From Coleofasciculaceae cyanobacterium (GTDB lineage: Bacteria; Cyanobacteriota; Cyanobacteriia; Cyanobacteriales; Coleofasciculaceae), in the NCBI GenBank assembly GCA_049671305.1, contig JBATUR010000034.1:27195-91194 (forward strand): a DNA stretch of 64,000 bases, given 5' to 3'. The notes below the pieces were generated by a model. That model saw only the letters and a program-made list of their open reading frames with translations. It was not told the origin of the DNA and ran no database searches. A program made the translations under genes and the position numbers. The first letter of the stretch is position 1, and every line of letters starts with the position of its first letter. This document shows positions 48,668 to 57,177 of the stretch, piece by piece.

Positions 48668-48779
48668 AGCATTGGTCGCTCCAGTTGTTGGCAGATTAAT
48701 TCCAACAAATTGTTAGTGCCAAGCTCAATTTTCCCAAGACTCGGCGTATTATCACCAGTAATCGATTCCACAGAGTGTT

Positions 48780-51038
48780 ATGCCGGAAACATGGAAACGT
48801 CTGCTTTGGGAATGGCGTGGGGTGTGGGTGACTGCCCCCAGCATGGCTATTTTGGTGATTTTAGTGCGAACTCTCGGTTTGTTGCAGTCCTTCGAGTGGG
48901 CAGCATTTGATCAATATCTGCGCCTACGTCCTGCTGAACCACAAGATGAGCGAATTGTGATTGTTGGTATTAATGAAGCTGACTTACAAAATATTAGCCA
49001 GCCGATTATTTCTGACGCTGTTTATGCTCAACTATTAGAAAAATTAAAAGCGAAAAAACCAAGAGCGATCGGTCTTGACATTTATCGTGATTTGCCTGTG
49101 GAACCAGGACATCAAGACTTAGTAAAAATCTTTAATTCTACGCCTAATTTAATTGGTATTGAGAAAGTTGTTGGTGATAGTCGGCGAGAAGCAATACCTG
49201 CACCACCCGCCTTAAAAGCCAAGGGGCAAGTAGGGGCAAATGATTTAATTTTGGATGCTGATAATAAGGTGCGTCGTGGCTTGTTGTACGTCCAAGCACC
49301 GAATGGAGAACAGGTTTTTAGTTTGGGTTTTTATGCAGCTCTACTATATCTAAATAAGCAAAAGATTGAGCCGCAAGTTGAAGCCGGAACCAAAAATTGG
49401 CGGCTAGGTAAGGCAAAGTTTCTGCCATTTGAGGCGAATGATGGTGGTTATGTGCAAGCGGATGATCGGGGTTTTCAGTTGTTATTAAACTATCGCGGGG
49501 GAAGTCGGCACTTTTCAACGGTTTCACTAACGGATGTTCTTAAAGATCGTCTGCCTGCGAATTGGGGACGTGATCGTATTATCTTAATTGGTGGTGTGGG
49601 CGAGAGTTTTCCTGATTTACATTTCACTCCTTATAGTAGTAGTCGTTTATCTTTGCCAGTGCGTATGGCTGGAGTGGAAATTCATGCAACACTTGCTAGT
49701 CAAGTTATTAGTTCAGCCTTGGAAGGTAGAACTTTAATTAAGAGTTGGTCAGAACCATTTGACTGGTTGTGGATTATACTTTGGTCTACTATTGGTAGTT
49801 TTTTGAGTTGGCAAAATCGCTATACTAATGGTGTTAATAGGTTTTCTTTGAATCGTGTCAATTTTACTTTTTTTGCCGGAGTTTTTTTAGTTGGTAGTAC
49901 TTATTGGGCTTTTTTAAATGGTTGGTGGATACCTGTAATTCCGGCAATTTTAGGACTGATTAGCAGTACAATCACTATTAATGCCTATGTTGCTCGTACA
50001 GCTAGAAAAATTCGTAAAACATTTGGGCGTTATCTTACTGATGAGGTGGTTGCCAATTTATTAGAAAATCCTCAAGGATTAAAACTCGGAGGTGAGCGAC
50101 GTGAAATTACAATTCTTACTTCTGATTTAAGGGGATTTACAAATTTTTCTGAACGATTTTCCCCAGAAGAAGTTGTTAAAATACTGAATTTTTATTTGGG
50201 TTGTATGGCAGATGTAATTACCCAATATCAAGGAACAATTGATGAGTTTATGGGTGATGGCATTTTGGTACTTTTTGGCGCACCTACTATTAGAGAAGAT
50301 GATGCTGAAAGAGCTGTAGCCTGTGCTATAGCTATGCAGTTGGCAATGGAAACTGTTAATAAAAAGATGGCAGAGTGGAATTTACCAAATTTGAATATGG
50401 GAATTGGTATCAATACAGGTGAAGTTATAGTAGGAAATATTGGCTCAGATAAACGTAGTAAATATGGCGTTGTTGGTAGTCAAGTTAATCTGACTTATCG
50501 CATTGAGTCTTATACTGTAGGTGGTCAAATTCTCATTTCTGAATCAACTTTAAAAGCCGTTGAATCTATTGCCAGAATTGATGGTAAAAAACAAGTTAAA
50601 CCGAAAGGTGTACTACAGGAAATTACTCTTTATGAGGTTGGGGGAATTACTGGAAATTATCATCTATTTTTATCATCAGAAGTTGAGAAATTTCTGTCGA
50701 TTCCTGAAGAGAAGAAACTGCAATGTTCTTATACAATTTTGGATGGAAAACATCTTAATAATTCCTTATTTAGGGGAGGTTTAATTAGGCTTTCTGCTAG
50801 GGGAGCTGAGATTAGTCACAATGGAGAAAGCCAAGCTATTCCAGAACCTATGAGTAATCTTAAGCTCAATTTATTAACAGATAATAGTTCAACTCAAGTT
50901 AGTGGCGATATTTATGGCAAAGTATTAGATTTAAGTAATGGAAGCTTTTACATTCATTTTACAGCTAAACCTCCAGAGGTTGAGCGGCTTTTTAACACAC
51001 TTTATAAATCGCTAAAAGATGAAATAAATGAGCTTTGA
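48780..51038 (+). CDS. CHASE2 sensor – transmembrane – class III adenylate/guanylate cyclase, with a ~170-aa C-terminal extension of unknown function
   Basis: The N-terminal CHASE2 is an extracytoplasmic domain flanked by TM helices. The cyclase core has ITILTSDLRGFTNFSERF...GTIDEFMGDGILVLFGAP...IGINTGEVIVGNIG. Confidence 0.85.
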   Translation: MPETWKRLLWEWRGVWVTAPSMAILVILVRTLGLLQSFEWAAFDQYLRLRPAEPQDERIVIVGINEADLQNISQPIISDAVYAQLLEKLKAKKPRAIGLDIYRDLPVEPGHQDLVKIFNSTPNLIGIEKVVGDSRREAIPAPPALKAKGQVGANDLILDADNKVRRGLLYVQAPNGEQVFSLGFYAALLYLNKQKIEPQVEAGTKNWRLGKAKFLPFEANDGGYVQADDRGFQLLLNYRGGSRHFSTVSLTDVLKDRLPANWGRDRIILIGGVGESFPDLHFTPYSSSRLSLPVRMAGVEIHATLASQVISSALEGRTLIKSWSEPFDWLWIILWSTIGSFLSWQNRYTNGVNRFSLNRVNFTFFAGVFLVGSTYWAFLNGWWIPVIPAILGLISSTITINAYVARTARKIRKTFGRYLTDEVVANLLENPQGLKLGGERREITILTSDLRGFTNFSERFSPEEVVKILNFYLGCMADVITQYQGTIDEFMGDGILVLFGAPTIREDDAERAVACAIAMQLAMETVNKKMAEWNLPNLNMGIGINTGEVIVGNIGSDKRSKYGVVGSQVNLTYRIESYTVGGQILISESTLKAVESIARIDGKKQVKPKGVLQEITLYEVGGITGNYHLFLSSEVEKFLSIPEEKKLQCSYTILDGKHLNNSLFRGGLIRLSARGAEISHNGESQAIPEPMSNLKLNLLTDNSSTQVSGDIYGKVLDLSNGSFYIHFTAKPPEVERLFNTLYKSLKDEINEL

Positions 51039-51275
51039 CTTGCAGCATTTTTTTATTTATTTACATCTACAATTTTAAGAATTAAAGGAATTGTGGTTTT
51101 GCTCACACTTTTTCATCCTAGAGATGGAGTATGTATTGTTGTTCCTAATAGTAAAATTGTAAAAAGTGAGCTGATTAATGGAAGTTGTAATAGTTTTACT
51201 AATCCCACTCAACTTTTTTTTAAAAGTAGCTTATGAAAATAGTACGGCATTAGTTATAGAGACATTATTATAATT

Positions 51276-51812
51276 ATGAACAGTGAGCAAGATTTACCAA
51301 AAATTATCAGTCAAATTTTTGCATCTAATGATGAACCAGATGCTATTTTCTTAGCGTTATTACCTGCCTTATGTGAGGTACTAAAATGCGATCGCTGTTT
51401 TCTTTATCTGCGTGATCCTCATACTCGTACTGGCAGAACACCTTACTGTTGGCTTCGTAGCAATCAATACCCTGATGTTAGTACAAAAAATTGGGAAACT
51501 GAACCACTATCTTTATCAGAAGAAGACCCCTTATTTGCAGCAGCATTACGCACCGCTCCATCTATTTTTATTGAAGATGTAGAAACCGCAGATCCAGAAG
51601 TAGTAAACCGTAAGTTTGAAGCCAAAAGTTTTGGACATCGTGCCTTAATTCATGCTCATCTTTGCCGGGATGGTATGCTTTGGGGAGTCTTACAACCTTG
51701 TGTATTTGGTCAACCTAGAGTCTGGAGTGAGTTTGATCAGTTTGTGGTAAATCAAGTAGTAGAAAAAATTACACCACTTGCTGTTGATTATGTCAAGGAG
51801 GCATTAGGTTAA
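51276..51812 (+). CDS. Small cytoplasmic protein, possibly GAF-like, of unknown function
   Basis: It is 178 aa with conserved Cys residues (CDRCFLYL...YCW) and its size and pattern are compatible with a single GAF-fold domain. The assignment is weak. Confidence 0.35.
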   Translation: MNSEQDLPKIISQIFASNDEPDAIFLALLPALCEVLKCDRCFLYLRDPHTRTGRTPYCWLRSNQYPDVSTKNWETEPLSLSEEDPLFAAALRTAPSIFIEDVETADPEVVNRKFEAKSFGHRALIHAHLCRDGMLWGVLQPCVFGQPRVWSEFDQFVVNQVVEKITPLAVDYVKEALG

Positions 51813-52247
51813 AGTCTCTAAATTTTGCATTTACTTTTTCTGTTGCTTATCTTTTTAATATTCCAAATATCTGCAACAAAAATTGTCTTCTCTGATTACA
51901 TTGTAGACCAAACAGCACTGCTTAAAATTCTCTAATAAAGTCGTACTGCTGGTGCAGTTTTAGATGTATTTTCAAGTGAACTATTAACTGGAAAGCCCAG
52001 CCTAGAAATTTTACAATTATTCCAATTAGATAGTGTGATTGGAAGACCTAATATTGCTCATAACATTTAAAAAATAGCCCTTAGACTAAGTGAACTCTGC
52101 TAAATGTAGTAAATTAATTGTATTATTATCAAAAGTTTTAATAAATGAGAAAAACTTATCAAAACCTGCCTGGATTTAAATTTCTCTAAACTTATTATTG
52201 CTAAAAACCTGTCATACTATGTATCACTAAAAGAAAAATACTGATAA

Positions 52248-52628
52248 ATGTTGAAACATTTTGTTGCTGCCATCACAATGAGTGCCGCTTTAGTTGTTGG
52301 CATATTGCCCGTCCGTGCCCAACCAAATCCTACAGAAGCAATTTCTGATCCTAGCATTATTCTTAGCCTCAACCGCGCCCAAAACTTGGCTCGTCAAGCT
52401 GCAGAGCGTGCCAACGGCGGTTTAGGAAACTATCGTGCTGAAGCCTTAATGTATGGACCGGCTTCTCTGTCTCCATATATCGTGAACAGCGATGGCACTA
52501 TCACATTTAATATTAAAGGACGAAGACCAGAATCTTCTGAGTTTACCATTGAAACTGTGGTAACCGTTGCTCAAGATGCCTCACAAATTAATGTAAACTA
52601 CAACGGACCGATCAGAACCTCAAAATAA
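52248..52628 (+). CDS. Secreted hypothetical protein (126 aa)
   Basis: N-terminal signal peptide [26 protein letters not shown]. Confidence 0.4.
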   Translation: MLKHFVAAITMSAALVVGILPVRAQPNPTEAISDPSIILSLNRAQNLARQAAERANGGLGNYRAEALMYGPASLSPYIVNSDGTITFNIKGRRPESSEFTIETVVTVAQDASQINVNYNGPIRTSK

Positions 52629-52649
52629 CTTCAAATAATGATAGAAAAA

Positions 52650-52674
52650 CCCCAGAGGAGCGAACCATCTGGGG
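52650..52674. terminator. Hairpin CCCCAGA – 11 nt loop – TCTGGGG immediately after the stop of the 52248..52628 gene
   Basis: A GC-rich 7-bp stem is visible. There is no clean T-run, so it is a weak terminator candidate. Confidence 0.35.
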
Positions 52675-53550
52675 CGGAACTGTTAAGCTTTATTGTTTAT
52701 GTTTACTAAGGTAAGGTCAGTTGTTCCGGGCAATATTTTAAAAAAGTAAAAATATTAAGATCCATAGTTTGTCTTCAATTACTTAGCTTTGATGGCGGTG
52801 ACTAGAAGCAAGACTTTTGTTACTAATCAACTTCAGTTTAACTTCTGCTAGAGAATGGCTTCATTTAGTGTTGTAACTCAATCTGAAAGAAAATCACCTT
52901 TACTTAATAAGACGAATCATTATCTACTCAAAGTTGCAAATTAGCTCAAAGTTAATAGAAACCATCACAATTGAGCAAACCAAAAACTTTTAATCTAAAA
53001 ATATAAGTTAACTTTTTTGGCTTCTCTATCCAGATATAGAGGCAGCATTATCTATGGCAATTTGGGCTTCACAAACAATGCAGCTTTATACAAGCTTCAT
53101 AAAAATTCCGTGAATTTACTTAGCTTTACAAAATGCCAAAACCAGGTAAACTCATGATTTTTGAGATTTTTCTAGAAATAGTCCAACTGTTCAATAACAT
53201 ATCTTTATGAAGTTACGATGAAGATATTATGAAGAGTTCATCAATATCTTGTGAAAGAAGTAATATTCATGACAAGTAGATAAATTACTTACCTAAAAGC
53301 TCAACTGTAAACCTAACAAAAGTGTTGAAGCGTGTGCTTAGTCAAACAATAACTATCATGCACAAAACGTCTTGTTGGCATCAGATAAAGCTTAAGGACT
53401 CATCCTAGCCAAACCTTCAAGTGTAAGCGAGATTAATTAAGTCAAAAAATCTGTAATCCGTGCTGTTTAATTTGAACCTTCAAGACTGAGCTAGCTGCTG
53501 ACTTCAACGTTTTTCATCTACTACCTCAATCAATCATTGAACTTATTAAT

Positions 53551-54783
53551 ATGCAGGGACATCAAACTTCAATTCTACCTGAAAACAAAGTAACACCGCG
53601 ATCGTTGTTATCAAATTTACTAATTCTTGTCGCTAGTGTGGGATTAGTAATTCTGTCAGTGCGCTTACTGCACACCAAGTTTACTTCTGTGATTAGCCGC
53701 GATGCGGTTATTAATGGAACGCTAATTAATATTAATGCACCGGAAGATGGAACCATAACTGAACTACCTGTAAAAACTGGGGAATCTGTTAGTTTAGATA
53801 AAAAAATTCTAACTATCAAAAATGAGCGGATCAGTAAGCTACCGACTCAAGAAATCATTACTCGAATTAATGATCAGCAGGCTCAATTAGACCGCGCCCA
53901 GGCTCAGTTAGAAAGGCAATTAATTTTAATACAAAGTTTCTCACAAGAGCAGCAAAATCAAGTAAGCTTAGAAAGCATTGAAGCTCAAAATAGTGTAGCA
54001 GAAGTTGAATCGGAGCTTCAAGGCGCAAAAGCCCGTTATCAAATTGCTCAAAAAAGCTACGAGCGCTCTAAGTTTTTAACCATAGAAGGGGCTTTGGCAC
54101 AAACCCAATTAGATTCTGTAGCCAAAGAATTAGAAGAAAGTAGAAACTTAGTAGGTAGCATAGAAGCTCGTCTTCAAGCAATTCGTGCCAATCAAAAAGC
54201 CTCTGGACTTGGATTAACTTTAGCCCGAAGTCGTAGCGGCTACGATCCCAGAATACGGTTGCAAGAAATGCAATTGCAAATTGCCGACGGACGAAAAGCG
54301 ATCGCAACTCTTCAGCAAGGAATTAAAGATGCTAAAGCTGAATTAATAGAAGCACAAATTGACGCCAACCGCAAAGAAAAAGTAGTAGTTAAAGTTCCTA
54401 CTCCCGGTGTTATGTGGCACATATCTGTTCAGCCTGGACAATTTGTGCAACAAGGAGCAACTTTAGGGCAAGTTTTAGATTGTAAAAGACGTTGGGTTGA
54501 TGTCTTTGTAGATGAAAAATCTGTGCGTTCAATTCAACCAGGAACACCTGCATCTATCGAACTTTATGGCTCAAATGCCCAAGTTTTACAAGGACACGTT
54601 AGCATGATTCGTTCTGGCTTAGGAAGATTAGCTGCTGGGGAAGATGTCGCCGTACCAATTACCCCCAATATGCCTCGTAATAGCCAAGTTCGGGTAGATC
54701 TCGAAGCAAATAAAGACAACGGTGATCCTAGCCTAATGTGCCATGTCGGGTATACGGGGAGAGTGACTTTCAAAATTAACTAA
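53551..54783 (+). CDS. HlyD-family membrane-fusion (periplasmic adaptor) protein, the XcsB-like partner of cellulose synthase
   Basis: It has an N-terminal TM anchor, a lipoyl/β-barrel region, a long coiled coil, and a C-terminal β-domain. It lies immediately upstream of a cellulose synthase gene. Confidence 0.75.
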   Translation: MQGHQTSILPENKVTPRSLLSNLLILVASVGLVILSVRLLHTKFTSVISRDAVINGTLININAPEDGTITELPVKTGESVSLDKKILTIKNERISKLPTQEIITRINDQQAQLDRAQAQLERQLILIQSFSQEQQNQVSLESIEAQNSVAEVESELQGAKARYQIAQKSYERSKFLTIEGALAQTQLDSVAKELEESRNLVGSIEARLQAIRANQKASGLGLTLARSRSGYDPRIRLQEMQLQIADGRKAIATLQQGIKDAKAELIEAQIDANRKEKVVVKVPTPGVMWHISVQPGQFVQQGATLGQVLDCKRRWVDVFVDEKSVRSIQPGTPASIELYGSNAQVLQGHVSMIRSGLGRLAAGEDVAVPITPNMPRNSQVRVDLEANKDNGDPSLMCHVGYTGRVTFKIN

Positions 54784-54830
54784 AGCCCGATTTAATTAGT
54801 CCTGAAGCTATTAATCTAGCAACAATTATT

Positions 54831-57161
54831 ATGCGCCTTAAGAGTCGTGCCCAAACACAGTCCGCCTCAAAGCCCAAACAACTAAAACCGCCAAAAACTC
54901 AAACTCAAAAAATTGTACCCACTTGGATTTGGGGAATATTTGTTGCGAGTCTCATTTTATTTATCGGTACAATTTATTTTACTAGTTGGACAAGTACAGG
55001 ACCCACCTTTCTACCACCAGAACTATCAAGCCCCGCCTCAGTCCCCTTAACTCCCTTAGAACTTTTAAATCCATTTTTTGAGCGTTTTAATGCGCCGGGA
55101 AGACGTTATTTACCGGAATTTTTAGAAACACCTGTAGATATCTGGGAACAGCTTTTGCCGACTGGTTTGGTGATCGTTTTTTGTCTATCAACACGTGCTA
55201 TTCCTGCCACAAATTGGACACGTTTGCTAGTCAAAACTATCCTGGTAGCCTTGGCAGCCCGCTATATGGTTTGGCGAACCCTTGGTCAAACCCTAAACTT
55301 TACCACTGGCTTAAGTAGCTTTCTCAGTATTTTCATGTATGCCGTGGAAGTGTTCAGCTTTGTGCTGTTTTTCTTGAACACTATACAAACCATCTGGTCA
55401 AATTCTAAACTGCGTAGCGACCAGGCAGACCGTTACACCGAGGATATTTTGTCTGGTCACTACCTGCCCTCGGTTGATGTTTTTGTTCCCACCCATAATG
55501 AACCAGAATTTATCGTGCGTCGTACCGCTGTCGGCTGTCAGGCGATCGATTATCCCAACAAAAAAGTCTATATCTTAGATGATACAGGTCGCCCTCATAT
55601 TCGTGCTTTGGCTCAAGAATTAGGCTGTGGATACCTAACATATCCTCCTGGATTTGTCAACAAACACGCCAAAGCAGGCAACCTCAACAACGCCCTTCCT
55701 CAAACCGACGGAGAGCTGATTGTAGTTATGGACTCAGACTTTGTTCCCTTCAAGAACTTTCTGACTCGCACCGTCGGTTTCTTTCAGCAACCAGATGTCG
55801 CCATCGTGCAGACGCCACAAGATTTTTATAATCCAGACCATCATGTCCGCAACTTGGGGGTAGATCATTTGTTCCCCAACGACCTATCAATGTTCTTTCG
55901 CTACGACCAATCAACGCGGGATGCTGCCAACACAGCCATGTGCTGTGGCACTTCCTATGTGATGCGGCGTAGCTGTTTGGAGTCTGTAGGCGGCTACTTT
56001 ACTCGTTGCGTTTCCGAAGACTCTTCCACCTCTACCTTATTTCTCACCCGTGGCTATCGCGTCATTTACCTCAACGAAGCACTGAGTATGGGAGAGTCAA
56101 CCCGCAACTATGCCGACTTTATGAAACAGCGGCTACGTTGGCTGCAAGGTAATCTGCAAATTTTTTACTGCTACAAGCAAGTCCCAATTTGGTCAAAACT
56201 AAACTTAATTCAGAAAAGCTATATGCTTGTGCACTTGATGGGGTGCTTCCAACCTTTGATTCGTGTAATTTGTATAGTTACCCCTTTGATTAGTTTGTAT
56301 TTAGGTGTTTCGCCAATTATTTCCACACTGCCGGAAATCGTTTATTATGGCGTCCCCTACTTACTATTACTAGCTGGCACAACTGCTTGGGCTTCGGAAT
56401 ATCATGCTTCTTACTTCTTTAATCAAGTCTACGAAACCATCTTTTGCTTTCCTGGTTTAAAGCGCCTCTACAGCACAATTAGGCGTCCCTTCGGCAAAGG
56501 TTTTGCGGTAACGCCTAAAGGTGTGACTGTTGACTCCAAAAATTACAATTTGCGGTCTACCTTGCCCCTAATAGTAGTCATGGCACTAACCGTGCTAATT
56601 GTTACTTTGGAATTAGTTGGCTATCGTATGGGTCTTTGGGAAGCGATGGCTTCGCCTGAGTTTGGTTTAGTATTTTTCTGGTTAGTCTACAATTTTGTGA
56701 TCATGGCAGTGGCAGTTTTGGCAGCAGTTGATCAACCTGAACGTCGCTTAGTAGACCGCTTTCCCTTGCGTACTGTCTGCAAAATTAGCTCTGATCAGGG
56801 TCAGTATTGGGGTCATACCAATGATGTCTCAGAAACAGGTGCAAATGTCACCTTAATAAGCCAAGAATTTTTAGCCGACTCCATAGTTGAAATGGAGTTT
56901 TTGGAACATAATTTTTCAGTGGAGGCAGAAATTACTCGCTCAAGCTATACAAATCATGGTTTTAATGTTGGCTTAAAGTTTAGCCCGTTGACTATTAAAC
57001 AAAGCCGCAAAATTATCGATATCCTCTACACTAATCTCACCTGGTGGAAGCAAGCAAAACGCTTGGGAGGAATTGATGCAATGCTGGCAATATTGTTTTC
57101 TATTCTCAAACTACGTCCAGTTTTAACCTATTATAAACGCCGTACTTCTAGTAGTCGCTAG
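54831..57161 (+). CDS. Cellulose synthase catalytic subunit (GT2 family, BcsA/XcsA-like) with a C-terminal PilZ c-di-GMP-binding domain
   Basis: The GT2 motifs are DD (ILDDTG), DSD (VVMDSDFVP), SED and QRLRW. The PilZ signatures are RRLVDR...DVSETGANV. Confidence 0.8.
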   Translation: MRLKSRAQTQSASKPKQLKPPKTQTQKIVPTWIWGIFVASLILFIGTIYFTSWTSTGPTFLPPELSSPASVPLTPLELLNPFFERFNAPGRRYLPEFLETPVDIWEQLLPTGLVIVFCLSTRAIPATNWTRLLVKTILVALAARYMVWRTLGQTLNFTTGLSSFLSIFMYAVEVFSFVLFFLNTIQTIWSNSKLRSDQADRYTEDILSGHYLPSVDVFVPTHNEPEFIVRRTAVGCQAIDYPNKKVYILDDTGRPHIRALAQELGCGYLTYPPGFVNKHAKAGNLNNALPQTDGELIVVMDSDFVPFKNFLTRTVGFFQQPDVAIVQTPQDFYNPDHHVRNLGVDHLFPNDLSMFFRYDQSTRDAANTAMCCGTSYVMRRSCLESVGGYFTRCVSEDSSTSTLFLTRGYRVIYLNEALSMGESTRNYADFMKQRLRWLQGNLQIFYCYKQVPIWSKLNLIQKSYMLVHLMGCFQPLIRVICIVTPLISLYLGVSPIISTLPEIVYYGVPYLLLLAGTTAWASEYHASYFFNQVYETIFCFPGLKRLYSTIRRPFGKGFAVTPKGVTVDSKNYNLRSTLPLIVVMALTVLIVTLELVGYRMGLWEAMASPEFGLVFFWLVYNFVIMAVAVLAAVDQPERRLVDRFPLRTVCKISSDQGQYWGHTNDVSETGANVTLISQEFLADSIVEMEFLEHNFSVEAEITRSSYTNHGFNVGLKFSPLTIKQSRKIIDILYTNLTWWKQAKRLGGIDAMLAILFSILKLRPVLTYYKRRTSSSR

Positions 57162-57177
57162 TTAGAGGTCTGACTAA

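Noticed and set aside
52629-53550. c-di-GMP (GEMM) riboswitch upstream of the cellulose synthase operon
   Set aside because: A GCGTGTGC block is present, but I could not recognise the conserved GEMM-I P1/P2 tetraloop-receptor pattern by eye. It is unverified and listed only as a check.
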